Origin: Eledone cirrhosa
Lineage: Eukaryota
DNA length: 64,000 bases
Reading direction: 5' to 3'
Assembly (NCBI GenBank): GCA_964016885.1
Contig: OZ024742.1
Location: 120,466,001-120,530,000, forward strand
Program-made: the position numbers and the translations under genes
Part shown: one piece after another, positions 13,994 through 24,958 of the stretch
Position numbering within the stretch: the first letter of the stretch is position 1
How the letters are laid out: each line of letters opens with the position of its first letter
Notes under the pieces: model-generated
The model's input: only the letters and a program-made list of their open reading frames with translations
What the model was told of the DNA's origin: nothing
The model's database searches: none

Positions 13994-14877
13994 GATTCAT
14001 GAATAGAAGTTTTATAGTTTGATTAATCTAGAGTTGTATATAAAAGAAAAATATTTTACTTTAACTCTAAATGTAAATAGAAAAGATATATATGTGTGTG
14101 TGTGTGTATTTTCTATCAACTGATGCAATATAGAATATTTATTCAATAACATTTCCCATAACACCTGTGGAATATCTTATATGTTACGAAAGAAGTTTTG
14201 GGGAAAACTTAAACCAACAAAACTAAAGAAAATAATGGAGTTCATAAAATAAAATTATACTGATTTTTGTCAGGTTAATTAAAATAGATAACTTGTTTCC
14301 AGATGCAATTACAAACTAAGATCCACTGAAAAAAAAAAAGAAAACCCTACACAAAATTCCAGGTATTGTGTAAAACAGCAATAAAATAAAGTTTCCTTTC
14401 TATAAGTTGGTATAAAATCTGCACAAGTTGACAATTATATGACTTTTACTAATACCATCATACATTAGTGTTCAACATTAGTAATTGATATTGACAAGCT
14501 GAACATTTTGTCTTCCAATTTCTCCCTTTCTCTATTCTCTTATTTTCTGGTGAAACATTTCATCTGAATTCCTGCTTTAATGAGAGAGCTACTACGTGGT
14601 AACTAGACTTGCTGGAAATAGCAGCCAAATCACCTTCAAACCACACCCTACTGTCTACCAGAGATGCTGTGCTGAATAAGACCCGTCCCACCCAAAAGCG
14701 GACGTATGATGATGATGATGATTAAGCAAAAAGGAGAAAAAGACAGTAAAATTAAATCAATAGCAACAAGAAAAGTGACATCAACAGTAAAAAATGGAAA
14801 CAAGGATAACAAGATAAATGGGAGGGTGATAGTAAAATGAATGTAAAAAAACTAGAAAAATATGGACAATAAAAAAG

Positions 14878-14969
14878 GAACAAGGCATGGTCAGCCGACC
14901 GGACACTATCCGTCTAACCCATGCTAGCGTGGAAGAACAGACGTAAAACAGTGATGATGATGATGATGA
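14878..14969 (+). mobile_element. Very short RTE-type 3' tail insertion
   Basis: CCGTCTAACCCATGCTAGCGTGG...ACGTAAAA(GAT)n; an even shorter tail lies at about 14680-14722. Confidence 0.7.
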
Positions 14970-15537
14970 CTCATTTGAAGAAAGAATCAAGTCAAAAATT
15001 GTCCAAACTTCTATAAGTGTTTAAGGTCTTACAATATATATCTCACTCTGTACATTAACTAGAAGTAAGATGATCGAATAAAACCATGTGACTTTAAAAT
15101 AACGACTCTCAGAAGGCAGATATTACAGGACTGGTCGTAATGAGTGCTAAAAATAGCAGTCAAAAACAGTTCATCTATGGCAACTCTATCAATTTAAGAT
15201 TTGGGGTAGTTATACTATAATTAGGTTAAATCTATACATATATAATGTATCTTAAGTTACTCAACAAAGAAAGCTCAATGAACAATAAGCTCAGAGCATA
15301 ATTTCTAAACATTTGAATGATATAAAGGCTCTTTCATATATCAGTCTTCAAACTGAGAGAGGCTAGGTGTTCATTTTGAATGAGTATATATTGCACATCT
15401 GTTTGCTAAGTGGCATGGTGAACAGATACTGGGGCAAACAGAGAGGCTACAAAAGACCATCCAGTGCCATCTAGTAACATCTACTGCAGCTTTGCACATA
15501 TATGCATACACACATATGTATATATATATGTGAAGAC

Positions 15538-15790
15538 AAGTGGGTGAGTGGTTAGAGAATTGGATTTGCAATTATGAGGTTGTGAGTTCGATTCCAGGAT
15601 TGGATGATGTGTTATGTCCTTGAGCAAGACACTTTATATCACATTGCTCCTTCTGCCTGGATTTGCGAGCGGTAGATAGTATTAGCAACTGGAAAGACTA
15701 ATGGAAACATTGTTTCCTTGGCCCGATTTGACAAGCCACCCTCACCCCCACTCGTTAAGCGAATGGGGTCTGGGATTTTGTCAATATCTA
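15538..15790 (+). mobile_element. SINE family B (tRNA head + TCCTTGAGCAAGACACT core) with hairpin-rich tail
   Basis: Head GGTGAGTGGTTAGAG...GAGTTCGATTCC; tail shared with 31827-31940 and 56510-56706. Confidence 0.75.
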
Positions 15791-16016
15791 TATATTATGG
15801 AATACTCTTGGCTTCTTGCTACAATAATTTCTATACTTTTCATTTATATATATATATAAAAATTAGGTAAATATTTCACTGAGTACTAAGTACCCATAGA
15901 GATATATAGGGTGTCTATAATATAATGTTTGTTTGTTCTGCTCATCAATTTTTATATATATATATCATCATCATCATCACCATTTTACGTCCGCTTTTCC
16001 CTGCTTGCAAGGGTAT

Positions 16017-16348
16017 GGAGGCACATGGCTTAGTGGTTAGAGCATTGGCCTTGCAATCGAAAGGTTGTGAGTTCAATTCTCAGACCAGGTGATGTGTTGT
16101 TTCCTTGAGCAAGACACTTTATTTCACATTGCTCTAGTTTACTCAGCTGTACAAATGAGATGATAGGACTGGGCTCCCTATCATTCCACTGTAAAGTGGA
16201 CGTGTAGGCGCCACGGAAAAAAAGCACCCACCACTCACTGTAAATGAGGTTGGTGTTAGGAAGGGCATCCAGCTGTAGAAATCAAGCCAGAATCAGTTCC
16301 CGTCCCACCCTAGCAAGCAGGGAAAAGCGGATGTATGATGATGATGAT
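16017..16348 (+). mobile_element. SINE family B with RTE-derived tail
   Basis: tRNA-like head TGGCTTAGTGGTTAGAGC...GAGTTCAATTCT, same core, then the 48-bp-type unit, GGTTGGTGTTAGGAAGGGCATCC and (GAT)n. Confidence 0.85.
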
Positions 16349-17653
16349 ATATATATATATATATGCTGTTTTTTTATTGATTCATCCAAGGGTGGAAAGA
16401 AGTAAAAACAGTGAATATATGAAATATTACACAATTTATTTATTGTGTTCACTTAATTCAATCTCATTTTTATCAACTCTGTATACATCAATATTTCAGT
16501 ATCCTCCCCTTCTCATATTTTTTAACTTATGTAGTTAGCATTCATCAGTACAGACAATCAGAAAATATCAGAGAGTACAGATTATCTATGATAAATTTAG
16601 AGTTCAAAGATATGTTAATAATTAAAACTGATAGTAAGGAACTTATCTGTACTCACTGATTTTTCTTCTCTTTTTTTCTGAGAGATCACAAGCAAAAAGC
16701 TACACAGGCTGAACAAAAATCTAACAGGTTTCTATGAAGTATTAATTTGTGTGCGCATGTGCGAGCGCATGCATAGATAGTGAAAATACATATATACAAG
16801 AGAAGTAATTTCATATAACGTAATCATATATAACATAGCTCCAGCAAAGCCTCAAACATCAAGATTTCAAAAGGAACTTCAAAAGGAGCTGAAGAACAAA
16901 CCAAAGAACATACACATTATAAACACATGATGTATTTATACATTCAGAATATGATTGATTTATAATACAAAGTAAACATTACTGTTCGGGTGGAACATGT
17001 TTGGGATAAAAAAAAACAACAACAAAAATCGAAATGATGACAATAAAATATTTTACACAAACTAACCTTATATTAAAATTACATTTTCAGTCATAAAAAT
17101 TGTTTACCACAGATCTTTTGGAATATTAAGAATAAGTTGCCAATATATATATCTATAATCAATACCTGGCAGTAAATTGTATTCAACTATACAGTAAGCA
17201 GAATAATTTCACATTTATGCTGAGATTTTGCAGTAAATAATCTAGATGGTGGAGCAGAACATTTTTTTTTTTTTTTTAATAACAGGGAATAAATAACTGC
17301 AAAGTAGTGAGGTGTGTTGCCCTCAAGGAAAAAAGGTAATCCATCCAGTCTGGAAAAAAAAATGAATGCACCGCAAGGATATTTTTCTTCTACTTTCTTA
17401 AATCATCTGCTTGAGCTTGCTCAGGAATTAATAAAATAAAATAGGTAAATATAGAAGAGATCCAAAGACTTTAAATTACAATTGTAGTTGAAAATAAATT
17501 TTTATAATCTAAACATAAAACAATGATCAAGTCAAGGAGAAAGAACTTAGCTTTTAAATTATCTGGGTCATCTAATATTATATATTGTAAGGCAGGAAAA
17601 CAAATTGCTGCTGTATTCTGTGGTGATACTGTAAAACTGACAAATTAGTTTAA

Positions 17654-17871
17654 CCCTTTAGCATTCAAACCGACCGTATCCGGCCAGAATTCTCTCACCT
17701 CTTTCTGTTCAAACCAGCCATAACCAGCTTCTCATACTTATGTTACGGTATTGTTCTCAAAATAAATATCAAAATCTTGTAGATTTGATATTATGTGAGA
17801 TAATTATGTGAGATAAAGTATTTACCATGAAAATACAATAGTATATGAAGAGTAATGTAAATGATAAAGGG
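17654..17871. mobile_element. TTAA-type MITE family 1, uninterrupted (218 bp)
   Basis: TTAA|CCCTTTAGCATT ... AATGATAAAGGG|TTGA. Confidence 0.75.
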
Positions 17872-19140
17872 TTGATCCCCACCCTGTAAATGCAGTAAAG
17901 AGATGTGATAGATCCCTCTGGACTCAATAAGAAGAACCATTGATGGATATGTCTGAGCATAAGATAATTAACTGACTTGATTAATATGACAGTAGAGGTT
18001 GGCTAAAGAAAAGACTAAACAACTATAATCCTTTAAATGCTTTAACATTAGAAGCTTTTTAAAATGTAAATATTCAACATGCAACTCATTATATATTTAA
18101 ATACTAGTATCTTCAATGAAGATCAGCTAGCATGTGGCATTTACAGTAGAGAACTATCTGAAGTTATATCAACTGAAATCTAGACAAAAATACATTACAG
18201 AATTTCAAACATGTTGCATCCAACTTTCTGCTTTTTGTCATTTATACTGTGTCATTCACTTTCTAATACTATGCAACAAGCTTCACATGCAATTTTTACT
18301 TCCAAAAACTGCTGCCCTATGCAACATCCTTCAATTCCATCTGCTCTTGGAAAAACCAGCTCTTTATTTTAATGGGAGTTCGGCTCTTGTGTTCAGACCT
18401 GGAGTGCAGCGTCAGTTGTCCGTAAGGAGGTAGTGATATCTTATTATTGCTGCTGTTGATGTTGCTTTATATGTTAGTAATGATGTGCTGATGATGACTG
18501 AGTCAATACTAAGTAAACAGAAAACTGTAAGAGATAATTTAGCAAACTATATATTAACCATACCAGTTTTACTCATCCTGGATGCAAGAATAAGAAAATA
18601 AAAACACTACCCAACTAAAAAATATTAATTCTATTTTAGTACATGATTTCCTAGATAACTGACAAAAATCAGAAAAGATGAGAGCCATTTGTGGCAAAAA
18701 TGAAGTGGTTTCACACAAAATTGAAAAAAAATATTCAAATTCAGCTGAAGAGGTGTGTTTGCCTCATTCACTTGTTTCATATTTGTGCACATTGTTAGTT
18801 TGTCCAGTCTAGCAATTCCAAAACTTTATCTGTGTCCCACCACTTTATAATAAGGCCACTTAACACTATGGAATTACGATAAGGCCAATATCCCCTTGGA
18901 ATGCCTGTACTCATAATATCTCTAAGTAATTCCAGTGTCACCTACTGAGGCAATAAATATGGAAGAGATGTGACATAATTGGACAGGCCCTCATACTCAA
19001 TTATATATACATATTTTTATTCTAAGTGGGTGAAATACAAAAGTGATACTGGCAAGATATTTAACTCATTCATTACCATATTTGAAAATAATTTTGAGTG
19101 ATTTAGTAATTTAACTAACTTCTCATTATTAAAATTGGCA

Positions 19141-19306
19141 AGGGCGGTGGATTGGCAGTATTGGTGGAGAGTCGGACGCCATGCTTTGCAGCAAAGAGTT
19201 ACGGCCCTTTATGGTCTGAGTTCAAATCCCGCCAAATAACTTTGTAAAGTACCAGTAATACACTAGGATAATTGCTGGCCTTGTGCCAAAAGTAGAAACA
19301 ATTATT
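19141..19306 (+). mobile_element. SINE family A with internal deletion of the core
   Basis: Matches 13810-13993 but lacks the CCTTTCATCC...GATAAAA segment. Confidence 0.8.
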
Positions 19307-19333
19307 AAAATGGTGTTTGTAACATACCATATA

Positions 19334-20212
19334 CAGGGTGCGGACGATATTTGTTCGCAAGATTACTCTCTAGGAAAAAATAACACAGTAGTTTTATTTT
19401 TTAAGATTTATTTATCAAACTTGGGTCAGTTTGTCTTCATGACTTGTTCTTTTGATCTCACTCGATAAACCCGCCATTGGCTTTGATGACGGCCTCGGAA
19501 CCGGCTACAGGCCTTCGTCACTGTCCCCCGACTTAGGCCCCTAAAGGCACTTGTGATCCTGGCCTTAAGATCGTCTTTCGTATTGCAGCTAGATCTATTG
19601 GTGTCTCGTTCCACTGCGCCCCACACAAAGAAGTCAAGGGGGTTGCAGTCAGGCGAGCTGGGAGGCCAGATGTCAGGTGAAGTGTGGTTGACGAAGTTCT
19701 CTGACAGCCAGGCTTGGGTCTTTCGGCTGGTATGGCAGGGCGCCGAGTCTTGCTGCCACATGTACGGCCTACCTGCAGCTACCTGGTCAATCCAGGGCTT
19801 TACTACCTCGCTCAGAATGCGGATGTAGCCATCGGTGTTCAGCTTGAGGCCCTCAGGGAAGAAGTGAGGTGGCATGACGTCACCTTGACTGCTGACGACA
19901 CCTAAGACCAATGTTGTCTGGAAACTTTTTTTGCATGACTCTAGGCAAGTCTTTGGATGAGACAGCGAGCCACCTGTTGTTCTGGGAGTTGATCTTCTGG
20001 CCTTATTTGTCCTCCCGGCGCGGATTCCAAGAATAACTCTGTGTCTCTTCCATAAATTTGGAGGTTCAAAATTATTCATAATCAATTATTCTGAAAATAA
20101 ATAATGAAAATATAGTCACTGTTTTTATGAAGACAAGAGTGACAATGGAAATAAAAAAAATTTGCATAAAATTAGCAGTTGAAAATTGCGAACAAATATC
20201 TTCCGCACCCTG
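19334..20212 (-). mobile_element. Internally deleted DD37D (maT/mori) Tc1/mariner DNA transposon, 879 bp
   Basis: 27-bp TIRs CAGGGTGCGGA(C/A)GATATTTGTTCGCAA with one mismatch, flanked by TA on both sides. Confidence 0.92.
19426..20085 (-). pseudogene. Truncated and frameshifted DD37D transposase
   Basis: WQQDSAPCH...WPPSSPDCNPLDFFVW with 37 residues between the 2nd and 3rd catalytic D; most of the N-terminal DNA-binding region and the first D are missing. Confidence 0.88.
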
Positions 20213-20659
20213 TATATTCAAATATAAGCCGACCCCACTATTTTATGTCTGAGAAATGGGCAAAAATCCAAACCTTATATATGTAGAATTTGAATTTGGT
20301 GAAAATCATCAAAACATTGACCCTGAATATAAGTTGACCTCCCATTCTACCATCGATTTTTTTTGGTTACATATTCCTCGGCTTATATTCAAGTATATAC
20401 AGTAACTTAAATGTTCTTACATAAAATTATGATGAAACATTTGCAGAATAATGCATACAGCTGGACTGGAACCTACAGCCTCAGTGAACAAAGTACAGTA
20501 GATGTTCCATTGAGCAATGGATTCTAAAAAAGTCTATCAGTAAACATCACTTTTAATTTAAGATATATATTTCCCAGTCAAATATCTAGAGAATATGTTT
20601 TTTTTATTAGCATTACATATGTAGACAAAAGCAGAATAATATTGTCTAAAATCTAAAGT

Positions 20660-20935
20660 CTGTTTCAAGCCTGGAGGTTCATTAGGTCGGTGCTTATACC
20701 AGTTTCATGGTGTGAAGCGACAAAGTACAAGATTCCCCACCCCTGGACAAGACATCAGTCCATTGTAGGCTTAAACCCCCAGCTATTGCTGATACTCATC
20801 TTAACTGAGTATACTGGAGCAACATGAAATGAAGTGTTTTGCTCAAGAACACAACACACAACTCAGCCCAGGAATCAAACCCACAGCAGTATGATCGTAA
20901 ATTCAACACCCTTACCACTAGGCCAAACGCCTCCA
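20660..20935 (-). mobile_element. SINE family B variant with a third tail type
   Basis: Reverse strand reads GGAGGCGTTTGGCCTAGTGGTAAGGG...TTCTTGAGCAAAACACTTCATTTCATGTTGCTCCAG followed by an unrelated 3' part. Confidence 0.65.
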
Positions 20936-23589
20936 CAGAATAATATTATAGGTAACAGAAAGATAACAATCATGTTTTGAATGTTGAAGGTTTGGATTCA
21001 ATTTCTGGCCCAGATAGCATGTTATGTTCTTGAGCAAGACACTTCATTTCATAGTTTCTCATGATAAGGCTGGGGCTCCTATTATTAAAACAGCCAAGAA
21101 ACCTCCTATAAGAAACAACTTCATTTGGGGCTGGCTAAACCTGCATAGGCACGAGCTATAAATTTTGTTTTAGGTTTTATTTTCTGTTGTCTCACCAGGC
21201 AGAGTGTGTGTGTGCATGTCTGTTTGTATAGCTTTGCTTCAACTGTCTCTTTTCATACCACTCTACTCAGTGTAACTCCCCCTCCTTCTAGCCATATGTT
21301 AATTCTCTCTCTCTCTCTCACTCATGCACTTTCTCCCTATGCTGTCAAATGTGACAGACCAACCAAAACACACTGGATATTATATAGATGACAGGCTCAT
21401 ACACAATTTCTGTCTACCAAATTACTCTCACAAGTTATTTGTCAACCAGCAATTATGGTAGAAGGCACTTGTACAAAGAATCGCATAATGTAAGGAATCT
21501 TCTATACCATATAGCCATACTTGCTCCAAATCTAAAATCCTTTGGGCTTATTCCAACTAACAGCACAATGTATGGTAACAGTACAACAAAAGTACATTGC
21601 TCATCTTAAAAATCAGATGACGCATTTACTAAGGAAGTGTTATACAACTAAACTTAATTCCACAAACAATTTACCCCACCCATTTCCTACAAATGTTTAT
21701 GCTATAATAACCCTCTCACATTATTAACAATATCATTTCAAATTAGTGCCAGGAAAATTATCAGAAAAATATTTTGGTGTGCATTTCAGCTTTGATATTG
21801 AATGCACAGAATTTTTCTTAATTAGATAGTTATTGAACTCTTAAACAAAAATTTAAAACATAGCAACAGTAATTTAACAACAAAAAAATTCCAACTTATT
21901 TACAAAGATATCTTTTAGCAGTTTCTCATAAATCAATATCTGTATAATAAAAAATATATAAAAAAAACATAAGAAGGATAAAATAGAAATCCATCAGATA
22001 TCAGCTTTTAACATCATTTAACCAAAGACAATTTTAATAAATAGTAAAAGTGGTAAACAAAAATTAGAAAGTTAGCATGAACATAAATATCTATGTGTTG
22101 TGTGTGTATATATATTTATTTGAGGTTAAAGATATACTATGTCACAACTGACTTTCCTATTCCTTGCATCTAAGAAATTTGGCTTCTTAATGGCTACAAA
22201 ATTTATTTACAAAACTACTTTACTGATTTTGTTCCAGTTGTTGGTCGAGTGTGGGGCCTTGTCAAAAATTACTGTTAGAATTAAGAGTTTTCAAAGATAA
22301 TTCAAGATCAGCCACTACATGTTAGATTCTACCATATCTGAAGTTAGAAGAGGTTCTGTAAAAGTGTACATGTCTGAACTACCACAACACTGCTTGCTCT
22401 TTGCTGAGTATGCCAAAAGGTTGCATGATGGTGTATTGCTCAGTGAGACAGAAGGGTTATAATATTTTTATCCATTGAATGTTGAATAAGATGCACTGCA
22501 GTTTCAACTACAAAGCATATCATTGAAGTGTTATTGATTCCAGGATTCACATGTGTTGGGATATTGAGGTGGAATTTCTTTTGTTTCCATTCCTGTTTTG
22601 TGTACGTCTGCTTTTAAATGTCTTTTCTGTGAGCTCGATATAATTCCCCTTCCTATCAACTTCGGATGATGCTTTGCAAGGCTCATCTTAAGTGAAATGA
22701 ACACAATGTTGTATTCTGGCATAGCTTTAACTTATTCCTTGGTGTGTAGTTACTTATATTGTTTAGAGATAAGAGTGAATATTTCTTGTGCCATTATATA
22801 GCTAACATGTACACTGTTTACAATGAACAGCTTATGGTATTTATGATTGATGAGGAAATATTTTTGCTCAATATTAGAACTGTATTTCTCAAATAAACCT
22901 ATGAGATTCTCTATATGGTCATAACCCATGCTCAAAATAGCAGCCAAATGTCCCTCAAATAACACACTACCATCACAAAAAAAAAAAAGATTAGATCATA
23001 TGATCTTAGATATAACTATCTAAACAACAACAAAAAATAAATCATGGCTGGAATGCCTTTAGATCATGGATCTGCTTGATCACATGATTTGGGGTTAAAC
23101 AACAATTATATCCCCAAACTGCATCTTATCCAACCTTACTATGACTCACTTTCAAATGAGGTATCAAAGCAAGCAATATATGTTTGCCTTTCAAAAATAC
23201 AATAAAATCTATAGATGAATATATAGATGGGGAACAAAAAGAGATGTTAAATTGTCAAGAGTGTTTAACTACATATTTCAACATGCATATTAGATATGCA
23301 TACATAATGTATAAACCAGCATTTATATATATATTCCTTATATTTGTATATATACCTATATACCTATAGATCTGCATGCATGACAGTACATCTACACACA
23401 GGCAAGTGCAGCACATCTACACACAAGCCTTTGTATTCCTATATTCATATCTTCACCTAATTCTGTACATCCACATGTTAGTACACGCATATCTACACAA
23501 AAGCTTATACACTATTGTATATCAATATATTCATACATGCTTGTACATCCATATATACACATATCTATACAGCTGCAAATGTCTGTACA

Positions 23590-23770
23590 TACATATTTAC
23601 ACACATGTCTGTACATCCATATTTACACACACGTGTGTACATCCATATTTACACACACGTGTGTACATCCATATTTACACACAACTGTACATCCATATTT
23701 ACACACATAATGATGATGATGATGATGATGATGTACATCAATATTTACACACATGTACATCCATATGTGT
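23590..23770. repeat. Degenerate approximately 26-bp tandem repeat with embedded (GAT)n
   Basis: GTGTGTACATCCATATTTACACACAC repeats. Confidence 0.7.
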
Positions 23771-23898
23771 CTACATGCATGCCTATACATCCATAAACAA
23801 ACCTTTGTTTTCATCCACATATACAAATATATGTAGAATAAAAAATTATATATATAAATTCACAATAAGGAGCACACATGACAAAGACAATACATGTA

Positions 23899-23938
<40 letters not shown>

Positions 23939-23939
<1 letters not shown>

Positions 23940-23970
23940 TAGCAGTGTATCTCGGCGTTGCACGGGTAAG
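23939..23970 (-). mobile_element. Helitron-like 3' terminus
   Basis: Minus strand CCCGTGCAACGCCGAG-ATACACTG-CTAG|T: imperfect GC-rich hairpin followed by CTAG, then target T of a (TA)n tract. Confidence 0.6.
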
Positions 23971-24029
23971 AACATTGGTAATGGCACCTCCAATGAGAAA
24001 CGTTTATTTGTGAGTGCCTGTTAAAAACT

Positions 24030-24270
24030 CACAAACTGGACATGCTCACCAACATCCAGAGTTGACACTGCCCTCAGTGCTCCTGTGGGAGCCCCTGCAT
24101 GGACACACTGGAAGAGGAATACCGAAGTTAACATATGTTGATGCCCTAAGGACAAACACTAGTCTGTTGGAGACACACGACATGGCAACGATAATGAGGG
24201 ACAGAGACTGCTGGAGAGAACTCGTCTATGGATCTCGGGAATTTTACCCGCCCTAGATAGATAGATAGAT
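24030..24270 (+). mobile_element. 3' end of a second RTE-clade LINE family with (TAGA)n tail
   Basis: LLWEP..G...RGIPKLTYVDAL....MRDRDCWRELV, an RTE C-terminal signature, with the stop running into (TAGA)n. Confidence 0.75.
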
Positions 24271-24478
24271 ATATTTTTTATGTGTATATTTATATCGTAT
24301 TCTCAAACAAAACAAAATCCTTCCCATTCTACTTCTTATAAATTCCTTTAAATATATATATTATGCTACTTCGAAAGTCAAAAATCCCGCTTCTACACCC
24401 TTCACCCTCCATCTACTTCACGAGGGGCTGTGGTCAGCCACTCTCTCTCTCCCCCTTCCCCTCTCTCTCTCTCTTAGC

Positions 24479-24512
<34 letters not shown>

Positions 24513-24844
24513 AAATTCCCCTTCATGTTTATTCACTTTTCGCCAATTCATTGGTGCTTCAATTATTCCTACTACGGTGTACCCATGTAATCGTAACGTA
24601 CACATTTTTCTATCTACTCCACGGTTCAATTTCGTACCTAGTCCAAACATCCAATCTCGCAAAATCCGAAATCTGTATTTTTTGTTATTTATTTATGTTT
24701 AAATACGGTTGTTTTTGTCGTATTGAACAGAACAAATCTTGCAGTTTTGCTTTTTGTTAATCGCTTGTTAAACATTCATAACCTTCCAGCTAGCTACCTC
24801 ACATCCCTCCCACCTGCCCCCACACACTACCATTCTTAATACGT

Positions 24845-24915
24845 GGACCAATCATAAGCCAGAGCCCCCCACGCATCACCATTATTATTATTACGCGGAC
24901 CAATCATAAGCCAGA
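24845..24915 (+). promoter_or_regulatory. Duplicated CCAAT-containing motif in the LINE 5' UTR
   Basis: GGACCAATCATAAGCCAGAG occurs twice, 52 bp apart. Confidence 0.4.
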
Positions 24916-24958
24916 GGCCTATACTATCGCTTGCCCGGTTGCCCTCGATATATGATGG

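Larger units (their letters stand above)
19327..20402. mobile_element. Tc2/pogo-like MITE, left TIR split by the maT insertion
   Basis: Removing 19334-20214 rejoins TA|CCATATATATTCAAATATAAGCCGAC; right end GGCTTATATTCAAGTATATACAG|TA. Confidence 0.7.

Noticed and set aside
16020-16090. tRNA gene (also other SINE heads)
   Set aside because: A/B boxes are present but there is no complete cloverleaf, and the sequence runs into a multi-copy SINE core
23376-23942. 188-aa ORF and similar ORFs at 55921-56491, 2559-2840 and 63631-63982
   Set aside because: Translations of microsatellite or minisatellite sequence
24279-24289. TATGTGTATAT as TSD of the long LINE (also near 28584)
   Set aside because: Low-complexity match expected by chance in TA/TG tracts
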